DNA from: Balamuthia mandrillaris
Taxonomy: Eukaryota
Reading direction: 5' to 3'
NCBI GenBank assembly: GCA_031835245.2
Contig: JAVKOQ020000015.1
Location: 62,001 to 126,000, forward strand
Length of the DNA: 64,000 nucleotides
Positions within the stretch are counted from its first letter, which is position 1. Each line of letters begins with the position of its first letter. Below are positions 12,889 to 24,892 of the stretch, piece by piece. The position numbers and the translations under genes are program-made. Under the pieces are notes generated by a model. The model searched no databases. It was not told where the DNA came from and saw nothing but the letters and a program-made list of their open reading frames with translations.

Positions 12889-15770
12889 CTTTCTCTCGTT
12901 CTCTCGTTCTCTCTTTCTCTTCTCTCTTCTCTCCCTTCGCTCTCTTCTGTACAGAGGAGTCCTTGACTATCGGGTTCTTTGGTCTCTTTTTGCACGACAT
13001 ACATTAGCAGCCGAAGTGGAGACCTGGCTGTCTGTCTTTCGCGCCAACAACATCTCCCCGGTCTTCTTCTTTGATGGCATGACGGAGGAGCTCAAGCGCA
13101 AGACCTCGCTGGAGCGCCGTGCCAGAGAGGCCGAACGTTCCTTCAGCACCCTGCAACGGCTGTCCCGCTCCAGTTCCAACCTCCTCCAACTGCCCTTTCA
13201 CCTCTTCACCATGCCTTTCCTCGCTAAGGAGACGCTGCTGAGGACGTTGAGAGAGAGCAAGAAGGAGAACCTGGTGGAGGTGAGGGTGGCCGCTTTTGAG
13301 GCGGACCTGGAGATCGCGCGCTATGTGGCAGAGGAGGAGCGGTGTGTTGGCCTGTTGGCGCGTGACTCTGACTTTATGATCTTTGACTTGGGAGAGGGCA
13401 AGTACTACTTGCCTTTCACTTTTTTGGAGTTGAGAGAGAACAACAGCAGCAAGCATGAAAATGAGAATGAGAAGAGAAAAATGAAGCAGACGAAGAGGAG
13501 GAAGAGGAAGAAAGTCATTCGTGTGGCTTCTTTATTTGCGACTCTTGAGGAAGAGGATGTTGCACCGATATCACCCGAATGTTGTGGTTGTGTCAATTGG
13601 AACGGAGCAGAGAAGAAGCAGACTCAACAGAAAGAAGAACGAAGTGGCGACAAACAACATGATGAAAAAGGCGATTCTCTCGAGCCACGCTATACATTAT
13701 GGGGAGCTGGATACGAAGCTAACAGTACTGCCTCTTCGCTCGGCTTTGATAAACGAGTAAGTATACCAACCAAAAACAAAGAACGAGAAAGAGTGAAAGA
13801 GATAGAGGGTAAAAAAGCAGGAATATCTGACGTAACCTCAACAGTGGCTGCCACTATTTGCCAGTATGGTGGGCAACGACTACACACGAGAAGCTGCCAG
13901 TATGTACCACAGACAACTTGGCGTACGAGACAACGACACGATGCGCATCGTACGTGCTGTAGCCTCCTTTCTTCGCTCCCTCAAATATCCCTCCCTTGGC
14001 GACGACGATGGCAACGGTGACGTACTCGCGGAACACGTTGCTGGTGTCTTACGAGCGTTGTTGCAGAAGGAGAGGGATAAACAACGCAAAGAACATCTTG
14101 TACAAGTCACGCTGGACTCTATATCCGTCTATCGCTCTGTGTCTGCCGCTTCAGCTGCTTCATCTTCTTCTGATCCTTCTTCATCAGTGAACGTGTTGGC
14201 GAAAGGAATCCACGAGAGTATCTTCGGTCATCCGTCGGACGAAGCCGAACAACCTATAGAAAACGAGGAAAAGAAGAGGGCACAGGAAGAGAAAGAACAG
14301 GAAGTGAACGAGCTGCTGCGCAGGTTTAGAAAGGGCGAGTTTGGGAGAGAGTTGATGAGCGTTCTACATGGCCAAGAGTATTGGAGCAGAGTTTTGCTGT
14401 GCAATTTTAGCATCTGCAACGTCAGCTCCTTCTTTCGTCCAATTCGGGGCGTCATCTATTCTATTCTACTCTTGGGACATGGCAGAATCACAACTAATGA
14501 CACATCGTTAGAAGAACAACTACCGAAACAGCAAAAGCAAGAAGAGAGAGTTATAAAGATAACAGAGTTTCTTCAATCGCAAGAGACATTCAAGAAGGAA
14601 AAGTGCGAGATCAAAGGAGACCTTTCAGCCTTACAACAAGAACGACCGTTGGATTCTGACTTCGCCCTGTTTCCTCTTTCTTCTTCATCCTCTTCGACAC
14701 ATTGTCGTCGTTCGTTCTTTCTTGCTCTTCTTCGCTGGAGCTATCCCAGCAACAATGGAATAGAAAAAGACGAAGATGAACAGCAAGAAGAAGAAGGAGA
14801 AGCGGATCCTTTTTTGTTTCTTCCATGTGCGACGCTGCGAATGATACTTTTGCTTGGCAGTATCTCTTCTTCCTCCTCCTCATCATCTTCGAACCCTGTC
14901 TTTGCAGAGTGGGAAATGGATGCTTTTCTTCGGCACCTCATTAAACTTCGTCGGCGCTCTTGGCGTCATCATAATTCTTCTCCTGATCATGAAATGGACA
15001 AACCAGATGGCGAAATTGAAGAAGAATCATCAGAAACAGAAACCGAAACAGAAAGAAGCAAGAATGACAAGTGGAAAGAACGAGCAGAGGATGAAGGCTT
15101 CACCGGCAAAGAGACCGTTCGTTGCATCACTTTAGGGGCCATCTTTCAAGCCGGTCTCCATTACATGCTTTTGTTGTGGCAGGCTCTCCATCTTGACGTT
15201 ACGGTAATGATAAAGAAGAAGCACAACGAACAGTCACTTGATGGCCACGCTCTTCACCATCTTCTTTCTCCTTCACTTTACTATGACGGCTTGTTGTGGT
15301 GGCGATGTTACGTCAAAGCCTTTCTTCAAGAGCGACTAGGAGGAGCTGCTTCTTCTTCTCCAAAACAAGAAAGAGAAATAGAAAACGAAATAGAAGAAAG
15401 CAAAGAAGGAATAGAAAACGAAGTAAACGAAGAAACAGAAGAAGAAATGAGAAGAAAGGCAGCGAAGAAGAAACGAAAAGAAGAAGAGGAAGAGTTGGTA
15501 ACGAGAATGAAGAGCCTAACAACGGACGGATTAAACGTGGCGAAACCATCGTTGTTTGCAACAAGGAACGTTGCCAAAAAGAAGACCAAGCAAAAGAAGC
15601 AAAAGAAGAAGAACAGCGGCGGCGGTGATGGAGAGGAAGGCCAGAAAACAGAGCACGATGGTGGTGACGAGCAGAATCGAGACGCTGAGGAAGATGACGA
15701 CGACGATGATTGTTGCTCGATAAATCCGTACTCCCTTTTGTTGGACGTGCCTATCACCCAACATCGATGA
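12396..15770 (+). CDS. XPG/PIN-domain protein, asteroid (ASTE1)/FAM120-like
   Basis: MGVRGL, LAIDGDG, GGQYAQLAAEV (spliced), VFFFDG, EADLEIA, ARDSDF and MVGNDY. Exons 12396-12616, 13003-13756 and 13845-15770. Confidence 0.85.
12617..13002 (+). other. U12-type (minor spliceosome) AT-AC intron
   Basis: 5' end ATATCCTTT, branch site TCCTTGAC at 12960-12967, 3' end ...CATAC. Splicing restores the reading frame (CA|A = Gln). Confidence 0.85.
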
Positions 15771-15850
15771 TGATTTATATATTTAAAGAAAGAAAAAAAA
15801 AGAAAAAAAAAGAAAAAACGAAAAGAAAAAAGAAAAAAGAAAAAAGTTTA

Positions 15851-15969
15851 TTGTCGACAGATATGTGAGAAATGTAAAGGATGTTAGGAATTTTAGTGTA
15901 GACAAGCAACATTGTTGTCGACAGATACGTAAGAAATGCAAAGGATGTTAGGAATTTAAGTGTGGACAA
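15851..15969. repeat. Two-copy tandem repeat with 64-bp period, upstream of DPH7
   Basis: TTGTCGACAGATAYGTRAGAAATGYAAAGGATGTTAGGAATTTWAGTGTRGACAA at 15851 and 15915. Confidence 0.8.
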
Positions 15970-16006
15970 AAATGTGAAAAATGTAACGAAAGCAGGAAGA
16001 AGCAAC

Positions 16007-16634
16007 ATGGATGATGAGGAGACACGCGGGTGGGAGGAGCTGGGCTGCATGAACACCAAGTACTCTGCCGACGTGGTGGAGTTTTGCCCGGTGCCCAGCT
16101 GGCAAAGTTGCTTCGTGGTTGGGACCTACCAACTGCAACAGGAGACCAGGGAGCGGGTCGGATGTTTGTGGTCGTTGGAAGTGGACGCTGCTGATGATGG
16201 CGAAGAAAAAGGAGGCGAAGGCGAAACCGAGCCGGTGGAAGGGTTTAGCAAGGAAAACCCTGAAAGCGGTCAGATCGTTCCGCGTCAGTTTGTTCCAACG
16301 AACGGCACGTTAGACGCCAAATGGTTCGATTTTGCTTTTCACTTTAGTTAAACTTTTTTTGTTTGTCTCACTTCTTGTTCTTCTTGAATCGTAAGGAACC
16401 ATCACTGCATGGATGGCAAAGCGGTGCTAGCGGCAGCCAACGCCCGCTCCGAGCTGGCTCTCTACGCGTTGCAAGAGGACAAGACTCTGGCCTTGCTGCA
16501 TTCCCAGACGTTGCCGTCTTTGCAGCCGGAGGAGGCTGTTCCCTCTGCTCTTTGTTTGTCACTTGATTGGAACAACCGACTTTCCGCCACGTTGGTGCTT
16601 CGCTCTGTCTCTCCTTTCTTCTTCTTTCTTCCTT

Positions 16635-16674
<40 letters not shown>

Positions 16675-17530
16675 CTCTGTCTCCTTCTCTCTTATCCTAT
16701 TCACAAAACATTTCTTCACATAAAAAGTACAGCAACCTCAAGTATAGCAACGAGCCACAGTGACCATCGAATAAGCATTTGGGACTGTGAAGTAGCAACT
16801 GGACAGCTACAACTGAGTGAAACTTGGGAGGCTCACGAGCACGAGGCATGGATTGTGGCGTGGAATTATTGGGATACATCGGTGCTCTACTCTGGTGGCG
16901 ATGATTGCACGTTCAAAGGCTGGGACAGAAGGGTCAGCAAAGAGCAACCCACCTTTACCAAACGGTATGTTTACATTGAAAACAACATCCATCTCTATCA
17001 TTATTGTTTTTCATTTTTATGTATCTCACATAAAACGTTCATAGATACGACGTAGGCGTAACAACTATCCAAACGCATCCTCTTCGAGAACACTGCATCG
17101 CTGTGGGGAGGTAATTATTTTACCAACAATATTTCTCTCCTTTTCCAACCGTTTTCTTGTTTGTGCTTCAAATACCAGTTATGATGAAAACATATCGATA
17201 TGGGATGCCAGAAAGATTGGCAGACGTCCTCTTCACCAACACAACGTAGGCGGTGGCGTTTGGCGAATCAAGTGGCATCCCTCGGATGCTTCTTTGATGG
17301 CGGTGGCATGCATGCACGCTGACTTTCAAATTGTTCGCTTCTCTCCTTCTTCAGCTTCACCGATGGAAACCGTTCTTACCTACGCAGGAAAACATCGACA
17401 AGGCGCTTTGGCGTACGGCATCGACTGGTCTCATTCTCCTCCTTCGTCTTCTGTTTTGGGAAGTTGTTCTTTTTATGACCGTTGCTTTACCCTTTGGAAA
17501 ATGGAAGAACCAAGTGAGACTTTATGTTAA
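16007..17530 (+). CDS. DPH7: WD40 diphthamide biosynthesis protein DPH7 (WDR85/Rrt2)
   Basis: SADVVEFCP, VVGTYQL, LCLSLDW, AHEHEAWI, LYSGGDD, GGGVWRIKWHP, ACMH, LAYGIDW and SCSFYD. Confidence 0.9.
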
Positions 17531-17680
17531 CAATATTGTTTGTTTTTCAGCCAAACAAAAGTTAACAATCCTGTTTCTTCACTCCTTCTTCCATCCTCAA
17601 ATTCGAATGGAAGAGAGCCCTTGTCGAAGTATTTCTTCCGTTCTTGTTGGAGCACTTGTCCTTGTTGTCTGCCGCGTTCT

Positions 17681-17885
17681 TTACTGCGGTGTTTCGTTCT
17701 CTTCTTCTGCCAATTGCCAGTCTAGCAATGAGCAGAGTTGGTTGACCTTCTCGTCGCATTCGCCTTCCAGAAAGTGGTCAAACTGGTGGCCGTGTCGCAC
17801 TAGCTCTCTGTTTATCAAGACGTGAGGCACTTCTTCTCTTCCTTCTCCTAACATTTCTGTTTTGTGTTTTGGTTGTTAGAAGAGA

Positions 17886-17936
<51 letters not shown>

Positions 17937-19133
17937 TAGCACAGGAGGGAATGACAGAAGCAGAGAAGAGGGAAAGAAACCTGGAATAGTGCCAACTGGA
18001 TCAACGCGAAGAGAAGAGCCAATGACCAGTAGCAAATCAGTCTTTCTCAAGTCAGAGGAAAGATTGTTGAGGAAACGGGAAGGAAGCGGCTCTCCAAAGA
18101 ATGTTATTTCTGGTTTCATGAAACCTTTTTTGCATTTGCCACAAACTGGCACGTTGTCGTTCATCACTTCTTGTCTTATGTATGTAAACCATTTGTGAAT
18201 TAGAAAAGACCAAACCAGCAGAGAGAAGAAAAAGGAGTTAAAGAAGCTCGGAGAGGAAGAGGTAAAGTAGAGAAAAAAAGAGATAACAATAAAACAAATA
18301 AGCAAGAACAAACCTGATAGTTTGGCCTTGCACAACACGCTTACAAGCTACACAAATGGCAGTGGCAAAACTTCCATGACAATGTATGACGCGGGTGATA
18401 CCAGCCACGCCCTCCAATGTATCAATGTTTTGGGTATACACCCGAAGCAGCTTTCCTTCCTTTTCCAACATTGCTATGAAGCGATGACTCAGTGATGGTT
18501 TGTGTGTTCCCGGTTCTGGCCACAACTCCTTTCGCATTAAATAAAAAGATAAGAACAAAAGAAAGAATAAGATCAAGAACGAGGACAAGAAGAGAACCTT
18601 AGCAAAGCTATAAAATGGTTGAGGATCCTCCAAGAAGAACTCTATATCAAACAACATCTGGGGATCAGGCAAATCGTACTCCTTACTGATCCTATCGTAA
18701 ATGCCACCGCTCGAACGAAAGTCAGGAATGCCGCATGAAACGCTGATACCTGCCCCTGCTAACACAACTATTCTTTTGCTCGCTCGTATCAACTCTGCCA
18801 CTTTGGCTGCTGCTTCGTGTTTGATGTCGCAAGAAGAAGAAGAAGAAGAAGAAGAAGAAGAAGAAGAAGAAGAAGAAGAAGAAGAAGAACAAGAAGAACA
18901 AGAAGAAGAAGAAGATAGCGCTGGTGAAGGTAAACGTTTCCGAAGGAGGTGGCCTTCTGACTCCATGTCCAAAAGATTGGAGGCGAGCCGTTCCAATGTG
19001 GGGAGAGCAGCTTTGCAGAGAAACCGTTGTTCGAATTGTTGCCACAATGCTTTTTCTTCTTTGTCGCTCAAACATTCAATTTTGTAGTTCTGCAGTGTTG
19101 AAAGAAAGAAAGAAACGACAAGAAAGAAACGAC

Positions 19134-19189
<56 letters not shown>

Positions 19190-19835
19190 AACGACAAGAA
19201 AGAAAGAAAGAAAGAAAGAAAGAAACGACAAGAAAGAAACGACAAGAAAGAAAGAAACGACAAGAAAGAAACGATAAGAAAGAGAGGACAAGAGAGAAAA
19301 GAAAAGAACGGGAAGAGCGGATAAGAAGAAATGAAAGAAAGGTCAAATTGAAGAAATATAACATTAGAAACATTTAACCAAACAAAAATAAAATATAGAG
19401 AAGAGGAGGAAGGAGGAGGAGGGAAGGAGGTACGTTGTTGAATGCGGAAGGTGGCGGCGTGTCCTCCTCGCTCCACCCAAGTTTGCTGAGCAGCCGAAAC
19501 GGGTCCCCGCCGAAAAACCTAATCTTTGCCGCTTTGGAGTACAGCACGCCTCGAAGCACATCTGCTTCTGTCCCCTCCTCCTGCTTCTTCTTGTTCTGCT
19601 TCTTCATCTTCTTCTTCGCTTGCACAACGGCTTCTTCTGCTCCTTCTCCCAATTTTTTTTCGTTCATTTTCTTCTTCTCATCGTTCTGCTTTGCTTTCTT
19701 GTTCTTCTTTGGTTTTTCTGTCACTTCTTGTTCACGTGATGCCTTTCGTTTGTGGTGTGTGGTGGAAGATGGAGTCCCCGTCGTTGTGGTTGTGGAGTCC
19801 CCATCATCATCGTCTCCCTCTGCGCTTTTCTTCAT
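17681..19835 (-). CDS. NAD-dependent deacetylase, class I sirtuin (SIRT1/Sir2-like)
   Basis: GAGISVSCGIPDFRS, YTQNIDTLE, CHGSF, zinc-binding CxxC pairs, MKPEITFFGE, IGSSLRV and LINRE. Confidence 0.92.
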
Positions 19836-20006
19836 CCTGGCGCTTCGTTCTATCTTTCAATTATCCATGACGACACGAATATCAGCTTTGATAGATCAGA
19901 TCTCTTTAAATATTTATGATTATCTATTGGATATTTGAATAATTTGATCTCGTTGTTTGATTTTTTATTGGATGCCACGAATTAATGAACAAATAAATCA
20001 AAAAAG

Positions 20007-21114
20007 ATGGAAGAGCGGGAGGAGGAGGCCAGAGAAAGCCAGCTCGCCCTCCCGGACGTGGAGGAGGAGACCGTGGCCCCGGAGAGACCCACCGAGGCGG
20101 CCCCGCGCATACGGCACCTGCACAGAGCGCTGAGGAGCCTGCGCTTGGTCTTGACGCTCTCTCTCTGCGCCGTTTTCGGCGCGCTGCTGCGGATCGCTCT
20201 GCAAGAGTTCCTGGTGTGGCGGGTGGACGAGCGGAACGGAGTGCTGCCCTCCGCCCTGATGGCCAACATCGTGGGCAGCGCCATCATGGGCTCTTTGGTC
20301 CCCCAGAAGGGATATCGGTTCTGGCACCGGTTAGTTACCACCTTTTTTTTATTGTTGGAAGTTTGAGTTCTGCGATGTGTTTTCGTTCGTTGTTGTTCTT
20401 CTTGTTCTTGTTCTTCTTCTTCTTCTTCTTCTTCTTCTTCTTCTTCTTCTCTTCTTCTTCTTCTTCTTCTTCTTGTTCTTGTTCTTGTTCTTCTTCTTCT
20501 TCTTCTTCTTCGTTCTTCTTCTTGTTGTTCTTCTTCTTCTTCTTCTTGTTCTTGTTCTTCTTCTTCTTCTTCTTCTTCTTCTTCTTCTTCTTCTTCTTCG
20601 TTCTTCGTTCGTTCTTCGTTCTTCTTCTTCTTGTTCTTGTTCTTCTTCTTCTTCTTCTTCTTCTTCTTCTTCTTCTTCTTCTTCTTCTTCTTCTTTCTTC
20701 GTTCTTCGTTCTTCGTTCTTCGTCTTCTTCTTCTTCTTCGTTCTTCGTTCTTGTTCTTCTTCTTGTTCTTGTTCTTGTTCTTCTTCTTCTTCTTCTTCTT
20801 CTTCTTCTTCTTCTTCTTCTTGTTCTGCTCTTCTGCTGCTTCTTGTTATTGCTTTTTTTCCTGCTTTCATGCTCCGTTTTAAGCTTATTATCATAAAAGA
20901 GAGGACTGGCTGTATACAGGGCTTAGCTCAGGTTTTTGTGGCAGCTTAACTACGTTTTCAACGTGGATGACGGAAGCAGCGGAGCCATGGGAAGATGTGG
21001 ACGTCGTTCGATACTTCTTTTTGCTGATCCTTGAGCTGTGTTCCAATATATGTGCCTTTTGTTTTGGTATCGAGAAGCTCTTCTCTCTTTCTCTTTATTC
21101 TCTATATTCTCTTA

Positions 21115-21145
<31 letters not shown>

Positions 21146-22067
21146 CTACCTGCTAAGCCAATAACTCTCTTTTCCACTTTTTTTTCTTTTTACCAGGATG
21201 GCATGCACAAGACGGAGTTCGTGCCATTCTGTTAAAAACAAAACTTCTGAAGCAGTCACCACAACCACAACAACCAGTAACAAAGAACATACTAACGGAG
21301 CGCGAGGAATTAGACGAATGCAGAAAAATGTTTGTGGTAGCTGTGGTTGAAGTGTTGTTGTTGTTACTTGTGTTCGCCGCTGTTGGCATATTGACCGGAT
21401 ATTTTGTTTCATGGCGATGGTTGACTTTAGCTGCTTTCTTTGCTCCTCCTGGTAACTGATTTCCAATGCTCCCTTCTCTCACTTCCATTCCTCTGTTTTG
21501 TCGTTAACTTTGCTCTTTGTTGTTTCCTTTCTCGTTCTTCTTTCGTCTTTCTTCTTTCTCTTTCTTCTTTATTCTCTCTTCTTCCTTCATTTACTTAAAA
21601 CTACAACAGGAGCCCTTTTGCGATTCTATCTATCTCTTCTGAACGCCAAACGACCGTTTTCTCACACTGTACCTCTGTTTACAATGCTTGTTAACGTGTC
21701 TGGCTCTATAGCAGCCGCTCTTTTGATAATATTAACCGGGAAGGAAGGTTGGACGGATCGAACCTCTGATGCAAGAGCTTATGTCACCGAAGCTGTTATT
21801 CTTGGATTTTTAGGTACGAAAGCATAGAGAGAAGAGGAACGGAGAAGAGGGCAGCGAAGTAAGAAGAGATGAGCCAACAGAACAGATGAACTGACAATAA
21901 TGTTTGTAAAAACAGGCAGTTTGACGACCGTATCAACATTCACAGCCGAATTGCTGCAATCGCATCGCACTGTATTTATTCGTTACGTCTATGGCTTTGC
22001 CACCATCTCGATTTCTCAAGTGGTCATCATCATTCTCTTCACCTCGTTGCAAACGTTTCCATCATGA
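20007..22067 (+). CDS. FEX: Fluoride export channel (FEX, two CrcB domains)
   Basis: FGALLR, ANIVGS and GFCGSLTTFSTW. Second domain has GALLR, VNVSGS and GFLGSLTTVSTF, split by introns. Confidence 0.88.
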
Positions 22068-22099
22068 ACCGCACGTAGCGATTACAATAACAAGCCAAA

Positions 22100-22355
22100 G
22101 ACCACGGTGAAACCGTCTGTCAGAGAAGCTTGCTGCAGAATTTCAGCCTCGCTCTTCTTCAACGGACACAACATCCCGCTGTGGAACGGCCTCAATTATT
22201 AATGGGAGACCTTAACGCTCTTCGAAGAGAGGACTGTCACGAGGAAGAATGACGATGATTGCAAATGAGCACAACCGTTGGGAGGGAGTTTGCTCCGATG
22301 TGGTCACTTGGTTGCAAGAAGTAGGAGGCTACACAGAACCTTGGTCTTTGCGAGG
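22100..22355 (+). pseudogene. Degenerate EEP-domain fragment
   Basis: DHGE...RPQLLMGDLNALRRED, then two in-frame TGA codons, then DVVTWLQEVGGYTEPW. No start codon. Confidence 0.5.
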
Positions 22356-22542
22356 TGAGGCAAAGAAAAAGAAGAAGGTTGGGATAAGGATGACGATGAA
22401 GAAAGGAAATGGATAGATCTATGGATTGACAAAAGCTAAGCATACTCTTCCCTATACAAATCAAGCTGGCGTTTGAGCCTAACGAAGAGGACGAATAAGT
22501 TGAACAGCTGAACTACCAAATGAAAACAACGAAAAGGTAACA

Positions 22543-22589
<47 letters not shown>

Positions 22590-22694
22590 AGCAGAAAACA
22601 AAGAGCACTGCTTTTCTGCATTAAATTTTTATTCAACAGTTTAAAGACAAACAAACTAACTTTAAAAACCCACTAACAGTTATTTTTTGTTCCA

Positions 22695-23945
22695 TTAGAA
22701 CCAGAACGCGGCCAGAGACGCGGCATCAGAAGCATCTTCAGCGGCGCTGTTGGAATTGTAGGCTACTACATTTCCTCCGTCGTAGACGCTGCCATCGTAA
22801 CCCACGTTTCCGCCATCATAGACGACATTCCCTCCATCATCGTAATATCCATCATAGTCCACATCTCCTCCATCATAGACCACGTTGCCTCCATCATAGC
22901 GAATATCGCCTCCGTCGTAGGTGACCACATTGCCTCCATCGTAACGGATATCTCCACCATCGTACATCACGTTGCCGCCGTCATAACGAACATCACCGCC
23001 ATCATATGTCACCACATTGCCATCATAGCGAATGTCGCCAGCATCATAGACTACGTCGTCTCCGTCGTAGTTAATGTCACCACCATCATAAGCAACGACA
23101 TTACCATCGTAACGCACATCACCTCCGTCATAAACCACGTTGCCTCCATCATATCTAATATCGCCACCACCGTAGCTGATGTCGCCACCATCATAACGAA
23201 CATCACCACCATCATACGTCACCACATTGCCGTCATAGCGGATGTCACCGCCATCGTATTGGATGTCACCACCATCATAGATGTTTCCTCCGTCATAGCA
23301 ATCATAGCGAACGTCACCACCATCATAGCTAATGTCTCCTCCATCGTAGACTACATTGCCTCCGTCGTAACGAATATCACCACCATCATAGCTGATATCC
23401 CCTCCATCATAGCGGATGTCACCACCGTTGTACTGGATGTTTCCTCCATTGTAACGAACGTCACCTCCATCGTAGCTGATGTCGCCACCATCGTAGCGGA
23501 TATCACCACCATCATAGATGTTGCCTCCGTCATAACGGATATCCCCGCCATCATAACGAACGTCACCTCCATCATAGCGAATGTCGCCACCATCGTAACG
23601 GATATCACCACCATCATAGATGTTTCCTCCATCATAGCGAATATCACCGCCATCGTACTGGATGTCACCGCCATCATATCTGATGTCACCTCCATCGTAG
23701 CTTACGTCGCCTCCGTCATACCTGATATCTCCTCCGTCGTAGACGACATCTCCACCATCGTACTCGACGTCGCCTCCATCATAGGTCACGTCGCCTCCAT
23801 CATAACGAACATCGCCGCCATCGTAAGTCACCACGTCGCCGTCATAGCGCACATCGCCTCCGCCATAATTCACATTCCCTCGTCCAGCCAAGGTGGTCGC
23901 CGCGAAGAAGGCCAACAACAAGTAAAGTGCCACACCAGCCTTCAT
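22695..23945 (-). CDS. Secreted, possibly GPI-anchored protein made of about 50 YDGG[DN][IV]x heptad repeats
   Basis: Intronless 416-aa ORF with signal peptide MKAGVALYLLLAFFAATTLA and tail SDAASLAAFWF. Repeat units vary at synonymous codon positions. Confidence 0.85.
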   Translation of the reverse strand: MKAGVALYLLLAFFAATTLAGRGNVNYGGGDVRYDGDVVTYDGGDVRYDGGDVTYDGGDVEYDGGDVVYDGGDIRYDGGDVSYDGGDIRYDGGDIQYDGGDIRYDGGNIYDGGDIRYDGGDIRYDGGDVRYDGGDIRYDGGNIYDGGDIRYDGGDISYDGGDVRYNGGNIQYNGGDIRYDGGDISYDGGDIRYDGGNVVYDGGDISYDGGDVRYDCYDGGNIYDGGDIQYDGGDIRYDGNVVTYDGGDVRYDGGDISYGGGDIRYDGGNVVYDGGDVRYDGNVVAYDGGDINYDGDDVVYDAGDIRYDGNVVTYDGGDVRYDGGNVMYDGGDIRYDGGNVVTYDGGDIRYDGGNVVYDGGDVDYDGYYDDGGNVVYDGGNVGYDGSVYDGGNVVAYNSNSAAEDASDAASLAAFWF

Positions 23946-24474
23946 TGTCGTCGTTGCAGGTTTGTTGTTTTGTGTCAGTGTTTGTTGTTTGTTGTGTGCT
24001 GTTGTGAATGCCTTGCGAATGGCGGCTTGTGATTTTATAGTTGGGCATCTCACTCTCCTTTTTGGAAGTTGGTCATACAGTCAAATGCTCTCCTTCACTT
24101 TCATGCGACATTCCATCTGGAGGGGCAGAAAAGGAGAGCCATGTAGCTTCATTGGCCCATCTCTATTTATGCTGTTCCAATGAAAACCAGGTTGGATTCC
24201 TTTCACGTTTCTGTTATTGTGACTTGTGAAGAAACTTGTTGGAAAGCGTGCAAGACGTAAGGCGGGGCCAAACATAATCGCTAACTACACAACAACAATA
24301 AACAGGTGCAAATACAAGACTTTGAAGGACAGCACTTCAGCAGTCATCCACAGAGAAGCGTTGGGGAGGGCGTCTCTCCCCGTCGCGCTTGGAGTAACTT
24401 TGGACATATTTTGTTTCGTGTGGTGGACCAAGAAATATTTTGCTGACATCAGCAAATACCAAATTTGGTGACAA

Positions 24475-24625
24475 ACACGTCAACACCTCCCAATCGGTCT
24501 GAACACGTCAGCATTCTTCATCTATCGATGACATCATCGACACCCAAACTTGAATATAAACACGTCACCATGGATCTCATCTGCTGACGTGTAGAACAGG
24601 ACACGTCAGTACCTTGCTGACGTGG
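24475..24625. promoter_or_regulatory. Cluster of six TGACGTG/CACGTCA bZIP-type sites in a divergent promoter
   Basis: Sites at 24475, 24503, 24560, 24585, 24601 and 24618. Confidence 0.6.
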
Positions 24626-24892
24626 CAATCCCAACGCAACTCTTTGCTGTGGAAAAAGAAAAGATGAGAAAGGAAGAGAGGAAGCGCACCATTTATTTTT
24701 TTCGAGGAAGATTAGGAAGGGAAAAAGCTCCGAGCTTCTGCCGAAGAGACAAAAGAATAAAGAAGAAGCTTTTTTCCTCCCAAAAAAAATCATTCATAAA
24801 GCAACGAAACGAAAATACGACGTGTGTCCTCCACCGTATTGCTGCGGGAACCCACTGCTGCTCGGTTTCTACTTGCGACAACACCCCAAAGG

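Noticed and set aside
20349..20949. Long poly-E/R/L/F/S ORFs
   Set aside because: They are translations of the (TTC/TTG)n microsatellite inside the FEX intron. The same applies to the LSLSLS/RERERE ORFs throughout the window.
23259..24032. 257-aa Ile/Val-rich plus-strand ORF
   Set aside because: It is the antisense shadow of the YDGG repeat gene.
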